From assembly GCF_003334815.1 (NCBI RefSeq), contig NZ_QOWO01000011.1: a stretch of DNA of 64,000 nucleotides. One strand, written 5' to 3'. Below, in pieces: positions 1-12,316 of this stretch. How positions within the stretch are numbered: position 1 is the stretch's first letter; each line of letters starts with the position of its first letter. The notes under the pieces are model-generated. The model ran no database searches and was not told where the DNA came from. It saw only the letters and a list, made by a program, of their open reading frames with translations. A program made the position numbers and the translations under genes. This DNA is from Escherichia coli. GTDB taxonomy: Bacteria; Pseudomonadota; Gammaproteobacteria; Enterobacterales; Enterobacteriaceae.

Positions 1-552
<552 letters not shown>

Positions 553-556
553 ATAA

Positions 557-590
557 ACGGGAGGCGAAGGTGCCTCCCGTTTTGCTTTCT
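557..590. terminator. Bidirectional intrinsic terminator between convergent envZ and pckA
   Basis: aaataaa-CGGGAGGCgaaggtGCCTCCCG-ttttgcttt. Confidence 0.8.
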
Positions 591-627
591 ATAAGATACT
601 GGATAGATATTCTCCAGCTTCAAATCA

Positions 628-2250
628 TTACAGTTTCGGACCAGCCGCTACCAGCGCGGCACCCGCAGGGGTGTCGGTGTATTTATCGAAGTTGTCGATA
701 AACAGTTTCGCCAGGGTTTCGGCTTTTTCCTGCCACTGTTCCGGAGAAGCGTAGGTGTTACGCGGATCGAGAATCTTCGTGTCTACGCCCGGCAGTTCGG
801 TTGGGATCGCCAGGTTAAACATCGGCAGAGTGAAGGTTTCTGCATTATCCAGCGAACCGTTGAGGATGGCGTCGATAATGGCGCGGGTATCTTTAATCGA
901 GATACGTTTGCCAGTGCCGTTCCAGCCAGTGTTAACCAGATAAGCCTGCGCGCCCGCCGCCTGCATACGTTTCACCAGCACTTCTGCGTACTGAGTCGGG
1001 TGCAGCGACAGGAATGCCGCGCCGAAGCAAGCGGAGAAGGTTGGCGTCGGTTCGGTGATGCCACGCTCAGTACCGGCCAGTTTGGCGGTGAAGCCAGAGA
1101 GGAAGTGATACTGGGTTTGATCGGCAGTCAGGCGAGAAACCGGCGGCAACACGCCGAAAGCATCAGCAGTCAGGAAGATAACCTTAGTCGCGTGGCCCGC
1201 TTTGGAAACCGGCTTAACAATGTTATCGATGTGATAGATCGGATAAGAAACGCGGGTGTTCTCGGTTTTTGAACCATCATCAAAGTCGATAGTGCCATCT
1301 TCACGCACGGTGACGTTTTCCAGCAACGCATCACGACGGATAGCGTTGTAGATTTCAGGTTCCGCTTCTTTCGACAGCTTGATAGTTTTTGCGTAGCAGC
1401 CGCCTTCGAAGTTAAACACGCCGTCATCGTCCCAGCCGTGTTCGTCATCGCCAATCAGGCGACGTTTCGGGTCGGTGGAAAGGGTGGTTTTACCGGTGCC
1501 GGAAAGGCCGAAGAACACCGCAACATCGCCTTTCTCACCAACGTTGGCGGAGCAGTGCATAGAAGCGATACCTTTCAGCGGCAGCAGGTAGTTCATCATC
1601 GAGAACATCCCTTTCTTCATTTCGCCGCCGTACCAGGTGCCGCCAATCAGCTGCATGCGCTCGGTCAGGTTAAACGCCACGAAGTTTTCGGAGTTGAGAC
1701 CCTGTTCTTTCCACTGCGGGTTAGTGCACTTCGCGCCGTTCATAACGATAAAGTCTGGTTTGAAACCTGCCAGTTCTTCATCGCTCGGGCGAATAAACAT
1801 GTTTTTGACAAAATGCGCCTGCCAGGCCACTTCGGTGATGAAACGGACGGAAAGACGAGTATCCGGGTTCGCACCACAGAAAGCGTCGACAACGAACAGA
1901 CGTTTGCCGGAAAGCTGCCTGGTCACCAGGCCTTTCAGATGCTGCCAGGTTTCCGGAGAGAGAGGTTTGTTGTCGTTCTTACCTTTGCCTTTGTCTGCCC
2001 ACCAGAAAGTATCGCGAGTGGTATCGTCACGGACGATATACTTATCTTTTGGTGAACGACCGGTGAAGATCCCGGTATCGACGGCAACGGCACCCAGATT
2101 AGTTAACACCCCGCGCTCATAACCTGTCAGGCTCGGATCGAGCTCTTCCTGATACAGCAGGTCGTAGCTTGGGTTGTAAACGATATCATGTACGTCACTG
2201 ATACCATAAGCCTCGAGTTCTTGCGGGGTCAAACCATTGTTAACGCGCAT
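628..2250 (-). CDS. pckA: Phosphoenolpyruvate carboxykinase (ATP), 540 aa
   Basis: ORF track 628..2319(-) trimmed to [10 protein letters not shown] start (ATG at 2248-2250); GLSGTGKTT kinase P-loop; recognised as E. coli PckA. Confidence 0.96.
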   Translation of the reverse strand: MRVNNGLTPQELEAYGISDVHDIVYNPSYDLLYQEELDPSLTGYERGVLTNLGAVAVDTGIFTGRSPKDKYIVRDDTTRDTFWWADKGKGKNDNKPLSPETWQHLKGLVTRQLSGKRLFVVDAFCGANPDTRLSVRFITEVAWQAHFVKNMFIRPSDEELAGFKPDFIVMNGAKCTNPQWKEQGLNSENFVAFNLTERMQLIGGTWYGGEMKKGMFSMMNYLLPLKGIASMHCSANVGEKGDVAVFFGLSGTGKTTLSTDPKRRLIGDDEHGWDDDGVFNFEGGCYAKTIKLSKEAEPEIYNAIRRDALLENVTVREDGTIDFDDGSKTENTRVSYPIYHIDNIVKPVSKAGHATKVIFLTADAFGVLPPVSRLTADQTQYHFLSGFTAKLAGTERGITEPTPTFSACFGAAFLSLHPTQYAEVLVKRMQAAGAQAYLVNTGWNGTGKRISIKDTRAIIDAILNGSLDNAETFTLPMFNLAIPTELPGVDTKILDPRNTYASPEQWQEKAETLAKLFIDNFDKYTDTPAGAALVAAGPKL

Positions 2251-2365
2251 TTCACTGCTCCTTAGCCAATATGTATTGCCTGAATAGTAAAGTCTTTTTG
2301 GGGGTGTTAACCGCGACAAGGCTCATAGATTTACGTATCTGGAGAAATTCATATTTGACAAAAAA

Positions 2366-2387
2366 CTCCGTGATTCCTGTCACGAAA
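2366..2387. promoter_or_regulatory. Candidate CRP site upstream of pckA
   Basis: cGTGAttcctgTCACg resembles TGTGA-N6-TCACA; about 120 bp upstream of the pckA ATG; pckA is a known cAMP-CRP-activated gene. Confidence 0.3.
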
Positions 2388-2628
2388 CGGTTGCTATTAT
2401 CGCAGAAATAGCATTTTAGGTGTGGAAAATGTTCTCAAAAGGTTAAATCTTGGTTTATATGGCGGGAATATTGTGAGTGGAATCGCATTCCTGAATGAAA
2501 TTGATGCAAATTCAACCGGTAAAGTATCGATTCACCACGCTAACTTTTTTTGATTATTTTCTGAAAAAAGCAAAATACTACTGCCCGGATGCGATAATTA
2601 ACCCACCTTTTGATTCTGGATAACCAAC

Positions 2629-4353
2629 ATGGATAACGTTGAACTTTCACCCGCAACACGCTGGGGGATGATTGCTACCGGATTACTTCAGGGTCTGGTT
2701 TGCTACCTGCTGATCGCCTGGCTTTCCGGAAAAAATCACAGTTGGATTGTTTATGGCGTGCCTGCGACCGTCGCGTTTTCATCCGTTTTACTCTTCTCCG
2801 TGATCTCTTTTAAACAGAAGCGCCTTTGGGGATGGCTGGCGCTAGTGTTTATTGCCACGCTGGGGATGAGCGGCTGGCTGAAGTGGCAAACTGATGGCAT
2901 GAACCCCTGGAGAGCTGAAAAGGCGCTTTGGGATTTTGGTTGCTATCTGCTGTTGATGGCAATGTTGTTGCTACCGTGGATACAACAAAGCCTTCGCATC
3001 CGCAATGACAGTAGCCGCTATCGCTATTTTTACCAGTCAGTATGGCATAACGTACTTATATTACTGGTGATTTTTCTCGCCAATGGCTTGACGTGGCTGG
3101 TGCTTTTACTGTGGAGTGAGTTGTTTAAACTTGTTGGCATCACGTTTTTCAATACGCTCTTTTTTGCAACCGACTGGTTTATTTATCTCACGTTAGGTCT
3201 GGTTACCGCGCTGGCGGTGATCCTCGCGCGAACACAGTCACGTTTAATCGACTCTATTCAAAAGTTGTTCACGTTAATCGCCACGGGGTTGCTGCCGTTA
3301 GTATCATTGCTAACCCTGATGTTTATCATCACCCTGCCGTTTACGGGCCTGAGCGCGATTTCTCGCCACATCTCCGCCGCCGGGTTGCTGTTGACGCTGG
3401 CCTTTTTGCAATTGATCTTAATGGCTATTGTCCGCGATCCGCAAAAAGCGTCACTTCCCTGGACAGGGCCGTTGCGTTGCCTGATTAAAACCGCTTTGCT
3501 GGTTGCTCCGCTGTATGTGTTCGTCGCCGCCTGGGCGTTATGGCTGCGGGTCGCTCAGTACGGCTGGACTGTCGACCGCTTGCAGGGCGTGCTGGCGGTG
3601 CTGGTGTTACTGGTGTGGTCGCTGGGGTATTTTGTCAGCATCGTCTGGCGTAAAGGGCAAAATCCCGTTGTTCTTCAGGGCAAAGTGAACCTTGCGGTTT
3701 CGTTATTGGTGTTGGTGATACTGGTGCTTCTTAATTCGCCGGTGCTGGACAGTATGCGCATTAGCGTGAACAGCCATATGGCGCGTTATCAGAGCGGCAA
3801 AAACACGTCAGACCAGGTAACTATCTACATGCTCGAGCAGAGCGGTCGCTATGGACGTGCTGCGCTTGAGTCGCTGAAAAGCGATGCCGGGTTTATGAAA
3901 GACCCGAAACGCGCGCGGGATCTGCTGATGGCGTTAGATGGAGAGCAACATCTTCAGCAACAGGTATCGGAAAAAGTATTAGCCGATAATGTGTTAATTG
4001 CCCCTGGTTCTGTTAAACCTGATGCGACATTCTGGTCGGCCTTAATCCAGGATCGCTATAACGTGATGACCTGTATTGAAAAAGACGCCTGCGTCCTGGT
4101 CGAGCAAGATCTGAATAGTGATGGTCAGGCGGAGCGGATCCTGTTTGCTTTTAATGATGACAGAGTCATTGTCTATGGCTTTGACTCAGACAGAAAAGAA
4201 TGGGACGCGCTTGATATGAGTTTACTTCCGAACGAAATAACGAAAGAAAAATTACTCACAGCTGCGAAGGATGGAAAACTGGGGACGAAGCCTAAAGCGT
4301 GGCGCGATCTTGTAGTGGATGGTGAAAGGCTGAATGTGAATCTGAATGAGTGA
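2629..4353 (+). CDS. yhgE: Predicted polytopic inner membrane protein YhgE, 574 aa
   Basis: ORF track; highly hydrophobic N-terminal two thirds with many predicted TM segments, soluble C-terminal domain; recognised as YhgE. Confidence 0.9.
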
Positions 4354-4377
4354 CAAAGCGCATCAGGTGTATTAGTC

Positions 4378-4406
4378 GTAAAATCCGGCAGAGCCCTCTC
4401 TGCCGG
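4378..4406 (-). terminator. Candidate hslO terminator (between convergent yhgE and hslO)
   Basis: Stem ccggcagag (4385-4393) / ctctgccgg (4398-4406); on the minus strand followed by attttacg. Confidence 0.5.
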
Positions 4407-4415
4407 ACATACTCA

Positions 4416-5294
4416 TTAATGAACTTGCGGATCTGCCGGAGACGCGTTGTTGCGGATTTCAGCAATATCCATCGCATTGAACAGATAGTGGTTACCGCAG
4501 TAATCACAATGCATGTCAATTTCGCCATCTTCCGCCAGGATGCTATCAACTTCTTCATCAGGCAGCGTTTTCAGCGCATCGGCGCAACGTTCACGCGAGC
4601 AGGTGCATTTGAACTCCACATCCTGCGGATCGTAAACCGTCACCTCTTCTTCGTGATACAAACGCCACAACACTTCGTTTGCCGGTAAGGTCAGCAGTTC
4701 TTCGGTTTTGATGGTTTCGGTTAGCGTCGCCAGGTGGTCAAAGTCGTCCTGCTGGGCATTTTGCGCAGGCATTACCTGCAACAACATACCGCCTGCAGCC
4801 GGTTTGCCGTCTACGTCGCCGGTGCGAATAAACAGGCGCGTCGGCAGCTGTTCAGAACGCATAAAGTAATCTTCCAGGCAGGCCGCCAGGGTATCACCTT
4901 CCAGACCAACTACGCCCTGATAGCGTTCGCCTTCGCTCGGGGTAATGGTGATCACCACGTAACCATTGCCGACCAGCGTTTTCAGGTCGGCATTTTCTGG
5001 AATTTCGCCCTGCACGCGCGCCACACCGCGCATCTGCTGGTTATTGTTACCGTTAATAACCGCCAGATTCATCGGACCGTCGCCCTGCAGCTGTACGGTG
5101 ATATCACCATCAAACTTCAGCGTAGCGGTTAACAGGCTGGTCGCAACCAGCAGTTCTGCCAGCACGTTTTTAACGGGCTGCGGATAATCGTGGTTCTCAA
5201 GGATCTGTTGCAGGGTTTCCGAAACGGTTACCAGTTCGCCGCGCACGGCAAAGTTTTCAAACAGATAGCGATGTAATTGGTCATGTTGCGGCAT
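4416..5294 (-). CDS. hslO: Redox-regulated chaperone Hsp33, 292 aa
   Basis: ORF track 4416..5300(-); start [10 protein letters not shown] (ATG 5292-5294); C-terminal zinc centre CTCSRERC...CDYCGNHY (CxC...CxxC). Confidence 0.95.
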   Translation of the reverse strand: MPQHDQLHRYLFENFAVRGELVTVSETLQQILENHDYPQPVKNVLAELLVATSLLTATLKFDGDITVQLQGDGPMNLAVINGNNNQQMRGVARVQGEIPENADLKTLVGNGYVVITITPSEGERYQGVVGLEGDTLAACLEDYFMRSEQLPTRLFIRTGDVDGKPAAGGMLLQVMPAQNAQQDDFDHLATLTETIKTEELLTLPANEVLWRLYHEEEVTVYDPQDVEFKCTCSRERCADALKTLPDEEVDSILAEDGEIDMHCDYCGNHYLFNAMDIAEIRNNASPADPQVH

Positions 5295-5318
5295 AATCAT
5301 CTCTCTTGCAGGTGACAG

Positions 5319-5720
5319 TTATTCACTGTCGCCGTGTTTAAATCGTAACAGGTCGCGGCGCTCTTTTTTGTCCGGGCGTCGGTCCGGGTGCGGCATGGTT
5401 AAGGCATTAAGTTTACGTGCCAGCGCCATTTTTTCGCGTTTCTCTACACTTTCCGCAGTCTCTTCATACAGCAAGGCTGCCTCGCTGGCGGGGCGACGCT
5501 GTTCAGTAATCGCCTTTACAATCACCGTGCGTTCGTCATTTCCCTGGCGCAGAGTGAGCGTGGCATTCAGCTCGACGATTTTGCTCGGCTTGCTGCGCTG
5601 CCCGTTGTAATGCACCTTACCGCCTTCAATCATTTCACGGGCCAGCGCGCGGGTTTTATAAAAACGGGCAGCCCATAGCCATTTATCCAGTCGAACCTCA
5701 ACAGCAGGTTTCTCTTTCAT
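5319..5720 (-). CDS. hslR: Heat shock protein Hsp15, ribosome-associated, S4-like RNA-binding, 133 aa
   Basis: ORF track; MKEKPAVEVRLDKWLWAARFYKTRALA recognised as Hsp15; immediately upstream of hslO on the same strand. Confidence 0.94.
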   Translation of the reverse strand: MKEKPAVEVRLDKWLWAARFYKTRALAREMIEGGKVHYNGQRSKPSKIVELNATLTLRQGNDERTVIVKAITEQRRPASEAALLYEETAESVEKREKMALARKLNALTMPHPDRRPDKKERRDLLRFKHGDSE

Positions 5721-5730
5721 GGCGTCTCCT

Positions 5731-6399
5731 TCACATTAGCGAGGGGATCAGGCGGCGGTAGTCATTCAGTGACGGATGGCGTTGATACTGTTTCTCGGCA
5801 ATCCCGGAATCAGGATTAGTCACGCCGAGGCAGTAACGAATACCAAATTGCGCGGCAGCATCGAGAATCGCTTCGCTGTCATCAATAAACAGCGTTCTTT
5901 CAGCTTTCAGACCCGTAGCTTCGGCCACCGCATGCCATAACCGCTGATCCTCTTTCGGATAACCAAATGTGTGGGTGGAAAGTAATAAATCAAGGTGTGC
6001 GTCCAGACCGGTATGCTCAAGTTTTACCGCCAGGTTGTGCGGATGCGCATTGGTGAGCAAAATTCGCTGCTTACCGCTGGCTTTCAGTGCCTCAAGAAAC
6101 GGAATGGTATCTTCACGCAGTACGGCACGCGGTCCCATCTCGGTGGTCATCGCACAGATATCCAGACCCAGTTGCTCACTCCAGTAATCAAGACAGTACC
6201 AGTTTAGCGTATGCTGTACGTCGTGATATTGCTGGCGCATATATTCCATCGCTTCCTGTGGCGTAACCCCGTTTTTCGCGCCCCATGTTTCAGGCACCAG
6301 CTTTTGCCAGAAATAGTTATCGAAGGCGAGGTCGAGCAACGTGCCGTCCATATCCAGCAGAACGGTATCTACGTCCTGCCAGGCAATGTTGATATGCAT
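5731..6399 (-). CDS. yrfG: HAD-family GMP/IMP nucleotidase, 222 aa
   Basis: ORF track 5731..6444(-) trimmed to MHINIAWQDV (ATG 6397-6399); HAD motif I DMDGTLLD. Confidence 0.92.
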   Translation of the reverse strand: MHINIAWQDVDTVLLDMDGTLLDLAFDNYFWQKLVPETWGAKNGVTPQEAMEYMRQQYHDVQHTLNWYCLDYWSEQLGLDICAMTTEMGPRAVLREDTIPFLEALKASGKQRILLTNAHPHNLAVKLEHTGLDAHLDLLLSTHTFGYPKEDQRLWHAVAEATGLKAERTLFIDDSEAILDAAAQFGIRYCLGVTNPDSGIAEKQYQRHPSLNDYRRLIPSLM

Positions 6400-6463
6400 G
6401 AGGGAAATCTCCAGAGTGAAGCAATTTGCGCGACAGGGTAGCATAACCTGCCGCGCAAACGTG

Positions 6464-8599
6464 TTATTCGATAAGGCTTTCTGAAGGGGTGATCAGTTGC
6501 GGGTTCAGGCAGCTTTCATAATAGGCCTGAATCTCCATCATGCGAGTGCGATGACGCTGGTAACGACGCCAGGCCTGTACGCCATTGTAAATGGCGCTAC
6601 CCAGCATCGTCAGTAGCAGCAATGTGGTGCTGAGATAGCGCCACAGGCCGGAACGATCCGGGATCGGATGAAGGCCAATATGCTGCGTACCATTGGCGTC
6701 AGTGAAGATTTTTGTGACGATACCCTCGGCGTTAAACGGCGTATGCATCAGCATTTGTGCCAGTTTCTGGAAAGCGTTCCACTGTTCTTGCGGCGGGTAG
6801 TCGTAAAGTGATGCCGAAGGCCAGGGCTGATCAACAAAATCGCTGCCTTCGTCGCTGACAATCAGGAATCCGCCGGGGGCCGGACTGTTTAGTGATTGTG
6901 CCGCTCGCGCCGTTTCATGCGTGATAAACGGCGCGGTGGAGGTTGCCACCAGGTTATCCAGCGATTCCGCACTCACCGGGCGTAATAACACATTCACGCC
7001 ATCGAGCTTCCCGGCGTTGGCGCGTTTTACCAGCGCGTCCCAGTCTTTACTGTTGCCGAGATTGACCAGCGCATTTTTCAGTCGCACACAGTCATCTTTG
7101 GCAGAACATAAATCCGCTGTCTTCAGTACAATGTCGCCAAAATCATCAAGCAATACCATGCCGGATTTTTGAATTGCTGAACGTAATGAGGCACTGACGC
7201 GAGATTCATCTTCCGGTTTAGGGTGCAGCTGGCGATTAACTGCTTCAGTCAATGCCGTCGCTTTGTTGACCAGTTCAGATTCTGGTAATGGCAATGAGCG
7301 GGCGTCGTTCCAGATGATCTGCGAGCAGTCAAACGGTAAAAAAGGTGAATTGGTTTTCGCGCTCCAGGTTCCGGAAGTTCGAATATTACACATTCCCGTA
7401 CCGCTAATACGCAATGTATCGCCTACCCGCACGCCAGCGTCAGCCAGTTGTTTTACGCTGGTGGCTTCAATGGTCTGCGCGCCTTTCATCCATGAGAGAG
7501 TGAATTTCAGCGGCATATCCAGCGGGATCCAGAATAACAGCATAAACAGCACCAGCAGCGAGCCCGCAGCGATAATCGTACTGCGCAGCCAGTGCTGTAA
7601 CGGAAAGTTTTTTACTTCATCATGCAGCGAAAGATATCGTCCCTGACGCACTACATGGCGGTCGAGATAGATATCGATATCGGTTTGTTGACCGAGATCC
7701 TGAGCAATGTATGGCTGCCAGTGTGCGGGATAGACCAGGTCGATAATACCGAGTGAAATATTGTTGATCTGTTCCTGATCGTTTTCGCCAAACAATCCCC
7801 AACGACGGGGTGTACCGCGCAGACAATGAATTTCCCGCAGGGAGGATTTTGCCGGGGGCGCGAATAGCCCCCACAGACCTGCGCCCAGCAGCAGTAACGC
7901 GCCGCCTGCCAGCCACGGAACAAATACATCCGGGGTAATCAGGCAGAAAAAGAACATCAGGAAGGAGGCGACGATCAGCAACGCTTCACGCAGCCCGCGC
8001 GGACGACTCAGCGCATATTCTTCATGCGTTTCTTTGCGAATATTGAGTAGCTCGATTTGCTCACTCTCTTCCCCGCGAATCGACGCCTGCGTTGACGGAA
8101 CAGGTTGCAAGGCATAGCTGCGAGTTTCCTGCATGTACTCCTGCAGCGTATGACCGTTGAGTGAAATAACCAGCGGCAGCGAATCGGTATGAATCAGTTC
8201 AACGGTATTCTCATCGTTGATGTACTGTTCCCAGAAAGGGGGCAGGTGGACTTCTACCGAATCGAGGTAGTAACGCCATTTATTCGGATCGTCGGTAGAG
8301 ATGCCGTAACGCGTGATAGCGTGTGTCAGCATCATGACGTTGTTGCTTTCGGCATTCAGCGCCAGAGAGATCGGTGCCGCGCTGGCTCCCGTTGGGCCAG
8401 GCACCTGTAATACCTGCGTCAGGCTCTCAAGATAATTTTCAACGGCGCTACGTTCTTCAGGTGTGAGTTTACGCGTTTGCGCATCCGCGAAGGCGTTGGT
8501 CCAGGGCAGCTGACGCCGTCTGGATCGCACTTTTATCAGCCATCCCGCAAGTAGTGAGCAGGCCAGCAAAGCAGCTAAAAAAATCACAATGGTGCTCAT
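6464..8599 (-). CDS. igaA: Inner membrane protein IgaA (YrfF), negative regulator of the Rcs phosphorelay, 711 aa
   Basis: ORF track; 711 aa with N-terminal and internal TM segments; recognised as IgaA/YrfF. Confidence 0.93.
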   Translation of the reverse strand: MSTIVIFLAALLACSLLAGWLIKVRSRRRQLPWTNAFADAQTRKLTPEERSAVENYLESLTQVLQVPGPTGASAAPISLALNAESNNVMMLTHAITRYGISTDDPNKWRYYLDSVEVHLPPFWEQYINDENTVELIHTDSLPLVISLNGHTLQEYMQETRSYALQPVPSTQASIRGEESEQIELLNIRKETHEEYALSRPRGLREALLIVASFLMFFFCLITPDVFVPWLAGGALLLLGAGLWGLFAPPAKSSLREIHCLRGTPRRWGLFGENDQEQINNISLGIIDLVYPAHWQPYIAQDLGQQTDIDIYLDRHVVRQGRYLSLHDEVKNFPLQHWLRSTIIAAGSLLVLFMLLFWIPLDMPLKFTLSWMKGAQTIEATSVKQLADAGVRVGDTLRISGTGMCNIRTSGTWSAKTNSPFLPFDCSQIIWNDARSLPLPESELVNKATALTEAVNRQLHPKPEDESRVSASLRSAIQKSGMVLLDDFGDIVLKTADLCSAKDDCVRLKNALVNLGNSKDWDALVKRANAGKLDGVNVLLRPVSAESLDNLVATSTAPFITHETARAAQSLNSPAPGGFLIVSDEGSDFVDQPWPSASLYDYPPQEQWNAFQKLAQMLMHTPFNAEGIVTKIFTDANGTQHIGLHPIPDRSGLWRYLSTTLLLLTMLGSAIYNGVQAWRRYQRHRTRMMEIQAYYESCLNPQLITPSESLIE

Positions 8600-8918
8600 G
8601 CTTTCCCCATCTTACTTAGTCTGTCAGGCGTGGTCAGTCGCACCGGACACAATACATGATTCTGCGGTTGGCTATCGGCAAGCGTGGAGTTTAACTTGAG
8701 CATCATTAAGCACATCACAGTAACCGCTGATCATAGCAAACCCTCTGAAGGCGGAATATCAGCAAATTCCTGGAGTTATTTCAACCTATTGACTTTTAAT
8801 TTGATTTGAGGACGATTATTTATTAAGTTACATAAATGTAAATAACATGCAATTCACATTGCCGAAAGCGTGTCCGATATCGCACAATAACCGCTGATTT
8901 CACAGCATAGATCCCACG

Positions 8919-9479
8919 ATGAGCAAATCATTACAAAAACCCACCATTCTGAATGTTGAAACTGTAGCCCGTTCCCGACTGTTTACCGTCGAGAGCGTGG
9001 ATCTGGAGTTCAGCAATGGCGTGCGGCGTGTTTATGAACGAATGCGTCCAACCAACCGGGAAGCAGTGATGATTGTGCCGATTGTGGACGATCACCTGAT
9101 CCTGATCCGCGAATACGCAGTGGGAACTGAATCCTACGAATTAGGTTTTTCGAAAGGATTAATTGATCCGGGTGAAAGCGTCTACGAAGCCGCTAACCGC
9201 GAGCTAAAAGAAGAGGTTGGATTTGGAGCGAACGATCTGACTTTTTTGAAGAAGCTCAGCATGGCACCGTCTTACTTTTCCAGCAAAATGAATATCGTGG
9301 TAGCGCAAGATCTCTACCCGGAATCACTGGAAGGCGATGAGCCAGAGCCGCTACCACAGGTGCGCTGGCCGCTGGCGCATATGATGGATTTGCTGGAAGA
9401 CCCTGACTTCAATGAAGCGCGCAATGTCAGTGCGCTGTTCCTCGTGCGCGAATGGTTGAAAGGGCAGGGGCGAGTGTAA
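8919..9479 (+). CDS. nudE: Nudix hydrolase NudE (ADP-sugar/Ap3A pyrophosphatase), 186 aa
   Basis: ORF track; Nudix box GLIDPGESVYEAANRELKEEVG present. Confidence 0.94.
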   Translation: MSKSLQKPTILNVETVARSRLFTVESVDLEFSNGVRRVYERMRPTNREAVMIVPIVDDHLILIREYAVGTESYELGFSKGLIDPGESVYEAANRELKEEVGFGANDLTFLKKLSMAPSYFSSKMNIVVAQDLYPESLEGDEPEPLPQVRWPLAHMMDLLEDPDFNEARNVSALFLVREWLKGQGRV

Positions 9480-9560
9480 ATGCGTGAAGTTTGCCTGATG
9501 CACAATGTTTATCAGGCTTATGGGGTTTCTGCAATTTATTGAGTTTTCACGATTTTGTTA

Positions 9561-9592
9561 GCCGGATAACGCGTTCACGCCGTATCCGGCAT
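9561..9592. repeat. REP (palindromic unit) element
   Basis: gccggataacgcgttcacgccgtatccggcat between nudE and mrcA. Confidence 0.75.
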
Positions 9593-9619
9593 AAACAAGT
9601 GCACTTTGTCAGCAAACTG

Positions 9620-9644
9620 AAAAGGCGCCGAAGCGCCTTTTTAA
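9620..9644. terminator. Bidirectional terminator between convergent nudE and mrcA
   Basis: aaaa-GGCGCCgaaGCGCC-tttttaat. Confidence 0.75.
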
Positions 9645-12197
9645 TCAGAACAATTCCTGTGCCTCGCCATTATCGATAATGGTCGTTCCCACCTCGTGCA
9701 CTGCCTGTTGTGTCGGCTGCGTACCTTCGATGAAATACTCTTCGCGGCTGTTGCCACCATTAGCTAACTGCCCGGTGCTGCGATCGATATTCACCGTCAC
9801 AATACCCGGTGGCGGCGTCAGCGGCTGCTCCGGCACACCTTCAAGAACGGCTTTCATATAAGCGTCCCATGCAGGCTGGGCACTCTTGGCACCGCCTTCG
9901 TAACCTGAGATCTGATCTTTAATCGCTCCGGAAGCCGTTGTATGACCGAGATTACGACGGTGATCATCAAAGCCAATCCAGACCGAGGTCACAACGCCCG
10001 GACCGTAACCCGAGAACCACGCATCTTTCGAACTGTTAGTGGTCCCGGTTTTCCCGCCGATATCGCGACGCTGCAAATCACGACCTGCACGCCAGCCAGT
10101 ACCCTGCCAGCCTGGCTCACCAAAGATATTGGTGTTCAAAGCACTCTTAATCAGGAATGCCAGCGGAGTGTTGATGACGTGCGGTGCGTACTCCTGCGCG
10201 CCAGTCTTCGCCACTAACGCCTGATTTGCCTGCTCCAGCTGCGGCATTGGTACAGAAACATTCTGCTGCTCGCGGGAGATAGCGACATCTTCAACATCGT
10301 TATTTTCCAGCACGTTCGATTTCTGCGTATCACCGTAAATCACCGGAATATCGCATTCCGGGCAGGCTACTTTCGGTTTCGCTTCGAAAATCACGCCGCC
10401 CTGATCGTTTTCAATTTTGCTGATAAACCACGGGTCCACCAGGAAGCCGCCGTTCGCCATGACCGCGTAGCCGCGCGCCACCTGCATTGGGGTGAAGGAC
10501 GCTGAACCCAGCGCCAGCGATTCGGTGTGGACAATGTTTTGTGCCGGGAAGCCGAAGCGTTGCAGATATTCTGCAGCGTAGTCGACGCCCATCGCCCGCA
10601 TTGCGCGTACCATCACCACGTTTTTCGACTGACCCAGCCCCTGACGTAAGCGAATTGGACCAGCATACTGCGGTGGTGAGTTCTTCGGCTGCCAGTCAGA
10701 ACCGGCACTTGCATCCCAGCGAGAAATTGGCACATCGTTCAACATACTTGCCAGCGTCAGACCTTTATCCATCGCCGCGGTGTAGAGGAACGGTTTGATG
10801 TTGGAACCCACCTGACGCAGTGCCTGGGTGGCGCGGTTAAACTTGCTCTGATTGAAATCAAAGCCACCGACCAGCGCCATAACGGCACCGTTTTGCGGAT
10901 TGATCGACACCAGCGCCGAGTTCACTTCCGGCACTTGTGCCAGCCACCATGCATCGCCAACCTGACGAACCCAGATTTGCTGACCCGTTTGCAGAACATC
11001 GGTCACTTTACGCGGCGTCGGTCCTTGCTGAGTATCCGAACGGTAAGGACGCGCCCAGCGAACGCCTTCCATACTCAATGCGACGGTCGACCCGTCCGCC
11101 AGCATCGCCGTCGCTTGCTGAGGATTGGCGCTGGTGACTGCGGCAGGCAGCAGCGGACCATAGGTTGGCAGCGCCTTCAGCGTATCGGTAATCTTGTTGT
11201 TATCCCACGCCGACTCGCCCACTTTCCACAGCACATTTGCCGGGCCGCGATAGCCGTGGCGCATGTCGTAGTCCAGCACGTTATTACGTACCGCCTGCTG
11301 CGCGGCCTGCTGCACTTTGCGGGTGATGGTGGTGTAAATGCGATAACCGTCTTCATAGGCACTTTCGCCATAACGGTTATACATCTCCTGGCGCACCATT
11401 TCGCTCAGGTACGGCGCAGAGAAAGCAATCTCCGGCGCGTGATAGTTAGCGTTAATCGCCTCAGTGCGTGTCTGATCGAACTGTTGTTGGGTGATATACC
11501 CTTCATCCAGCATCCGCGACAGCACGACGTTACGCCGCGCGACGGCACGATCCATCGAGTAGAGCGGGTTGAAGGTGGAAGGCGCTTTCGGCAGCCCGGC
11601 TATCACCGCCATTTCGTTCAGCGTCAGTTGGTCGACCGTTTTTCCGAAATAGACTTGTGCCGCAGCACCGACACCATAGGCGCGGTAACCAAGGTAAATC
11701 TTGTTCAGATAAAGCTCGAGGATCTCGTCTTTCGTCAGCAGCTGTTCAATGCGAATCGCGAGGAAGACTTCCTTAATCTTACGCATCAGCGTGCGTTCTG
11801 GACTGAGGAAGAAGTTTCTCGCCAGCTGCTGGGTAATGGTACTTGCCCCTTGTGACGCGTGACCGGAGAACAGCGCCACGCTTGCTGCACGGAAGATCCC
11901 CACCGGGTCAACGCCGTGATGCTCGTAGAAGCGGCTGTCTTCTGTCGCGATAAAGGCTTTCACCATCTCCGGTGGGATTTGATCCAACGTAACCGGAATA
12001 CGACGTTTCTCACCGTATTGAGCAATCAGCTCGCCATCGGCGCTGTAAATCTGCATCGGAATTTGCAGGCGAACATCTTTTAATGTCGCCACATCCGGCA
12101 GTTGTGGCTCGATGTAGCGGTATAGGCCATAAATCGAGCCTGCTCCCAGCAGAATGCAACAGACTGCAAGGATCAAAAAATACTTTACGAACTTCAC
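9645..12197 (-). CDS. mrcA: Penicillin-binding protein 1A (bifunctional glycosyltransferase/transpeptidase), 850 aa
   Basis: ORF track 9645..12221(-); likely GTG start at 12195-12197 giving (M)KFVKYFLIL; glycosyltransferase motifs (EDSRFYEHHG) and transpeptidase domain. Confidence 0.95.
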   Translation of the reverse strand: MKFVKYFLILAVCCILLGAGSIYGLYRYIEPQLPDVATLKDVRLQIPMQIYSADGELIAQYGEKRRIPVTLDQIPPEMVKAFIATEDSRFYEHHGVDPVGIFRAASVALFSGHASQGASTITQQLARNFFLSPERTLMRKIKEVFLAIRIEQLLTKDEILELYLNKIYLGYRAYGVGAAAQVYFGKTVDQLTLNEMAVIAGLPKAPSTFNPLYSMDRAVARRNVVLSRMLDEGYITQQQFDQTRTEAINANYHAPEIAFSAPYLSEMVRQEMYNRYGESAYEDGYRIYTTITRKVQQAAQQAVRNNVLDYDMRHGYRGPANVLWKVGESAWDNNKITDTLKALPTYGPLLPAAVTSANPQQATAMLADGSTVALSMEGVRWARPYRSDTQQGPTPRKVTDVLQTGQQIWVRQVGDAWWLAQVPEVNSALVSINPQNGAVMALVGGFDFNQSKFNRATQALRQVGSNIKPFLYTAAMDKGLTLASMLNDVPISRWDASAGSDWQPKNSPPQYAGPIRLRQGLGQSKNVVMVRAMRAMGVDYAAEYLQRFGFPAQNIVHTESLALGSASFTPMQVARGYAVMANGGFLVDPWFISKIENDQGGVIFEAKPKVACPECDIPVIYGDTQKSNVLENNDVEDVAISREQQNVSVPMPQLEQANQALVAKTGAQEYAPHVINTPLAFLIKSALNTNIFGEPGWQGTGWRAGRDLQRRDIGGKTGTTNSSKDAWFSGYGPGVVTSVWIGFDDHRRNLGHTTASGAIKDQISGYEGGAKSAQPAWDAYMKAVLEGVPEQPLTPPPGIVTVNIDRSTGQLANGGNSREEYFIEGTQPTQQAVHEVGTTIIDNGEAQELF

Positions 12198-12316
12198 TGG
12201 AAATTTCCCATTTAGTTTCATTTGGGCAGTTTATAAACAAACGCGCGGTAGTATAAAGGCAAGCCAGACGCATTGATATACCCGTCAGAGTGACGGGTGA
12301 TAAGGAGATCATCACA

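Noticed and set aside
12198-12316. Looked for a CRP-S (Sxy-dependent) site upstream of hofM
   Set aside because: I could not identify a convincing TGCGA-N6-TCGCA-type motif by eye; only the 7-3-7 inverted repeat at 12281-12297 stands out, and that is reported separately.
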